The position numbers and the translations under genes were made by a program. A stretch of 35,876 bases of DNA from Abditibacteriaceae bacterium (lineage in GTDB: Bacteria; Armatimonadota; Abditibacteriia; Abditibacteriales; Abditibacteriaceae): the NCBI GenBank assembly GCA_031425655.1, contig JANPJS010000235.1:1-35876 (forward strand), read 5' to 3'. Below the pieces are notes generated by a model, which did no database searches, had not been told where the DNA came from, and saw only the letters and a program-made list of their open reading frames with translations. This document shows positions 35,541-35,876 of this stretch, in pieces; positions within the stretch are counted from its first letter, which is position 1; each line of letters begins with the position of its first letter.

Positions 35541-35876
35541 CCGTTGCCGTGGTTTCAACCACCCCAGGGCAATCGCATGAGAATTTTCAAAAGCAAAAGC
35601 GGTTGTCATTGCGAGCGAGCGCCATCTTTGGCCTCCCAATTTTTTAAGAAGCTGTCTGAAAAGTGGCGGCGACTCCCTTCCCCTTTGCCGTATCAAGGGG
35701 AAGGGCTGGCGGGTGCCCTCTGGGCAGGGGGTTACAAAGCCGCAGAACCCCCACCCTAACCCTCTTTCCGGTATGGGTTTTTGAAAAACAGGCGTCAAAA
35801 AGCCCCGAAATGTGAAAAACAGAAGCGATGTCATCCTGAGCTTGCGAAGGATCTCTGCGTAATACGAGCTATTTTG
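35541..35876. repeat. Mosaic of repeat fragments including the left TIR of a CAGGGCAATCGCATGAG MITE
   Basis: 35565-35581 is identical to the TIR at 29594-29610. Further palindromes: CCCTTCCCCTT..AAGGGGAAGGG, TGTCATTGCGAGC, TGTCATCCTGAGC..GAAGGATCT. Confidence 0.65.

Overview
Bacterial chromosomal window, GC-rich overall with lower-GC inserts. The gene style suggests Armatimonadota/Abditibacteriota, but this is inference only. Core content: recG; a PyrR-attenuated pyrimidine operon (pyrR-pyrB-membrane protein-pyrC-DUF4139-carA-[TA module, hypothetical]-carB N-terminal half-[MTase, REase]); a Tat-exported Gfo/Idh/MocA oxidoreductase; an NtrC-type response regulator; dienelactone hydrolase; an SPFH/slipin protein; purE-purK; RNase P RNA; a PhyH/AraC pair; and two transglutaminase-like secreted proteins. 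The most striking pattern occurs three separate times (recG, carB, Gfo/Idh/MocA): a small cargo cassette (two small coiled-coil ORFs; a restriction-modification pair; a helical protein plus HNH nuclease) sits directly behind a host gene's stop codon and is followed by a diverged orphan copy of that gene's last 45-97 bp. No integrase, transposase or terminal inverted repeat (TIR) accompanies these cassettes. In addition, many gene junctions are filled by hairpins built from 7-9-nt tandem repeats, and some of these repeats have entered coding sequence in frame. Several nested MITE/REP-like elements are present, one with a perfect 10-bp target duplication. A candidate structured RNA precedes the slipin gene. 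No CRISPR, tRNA or rRNA was seen.
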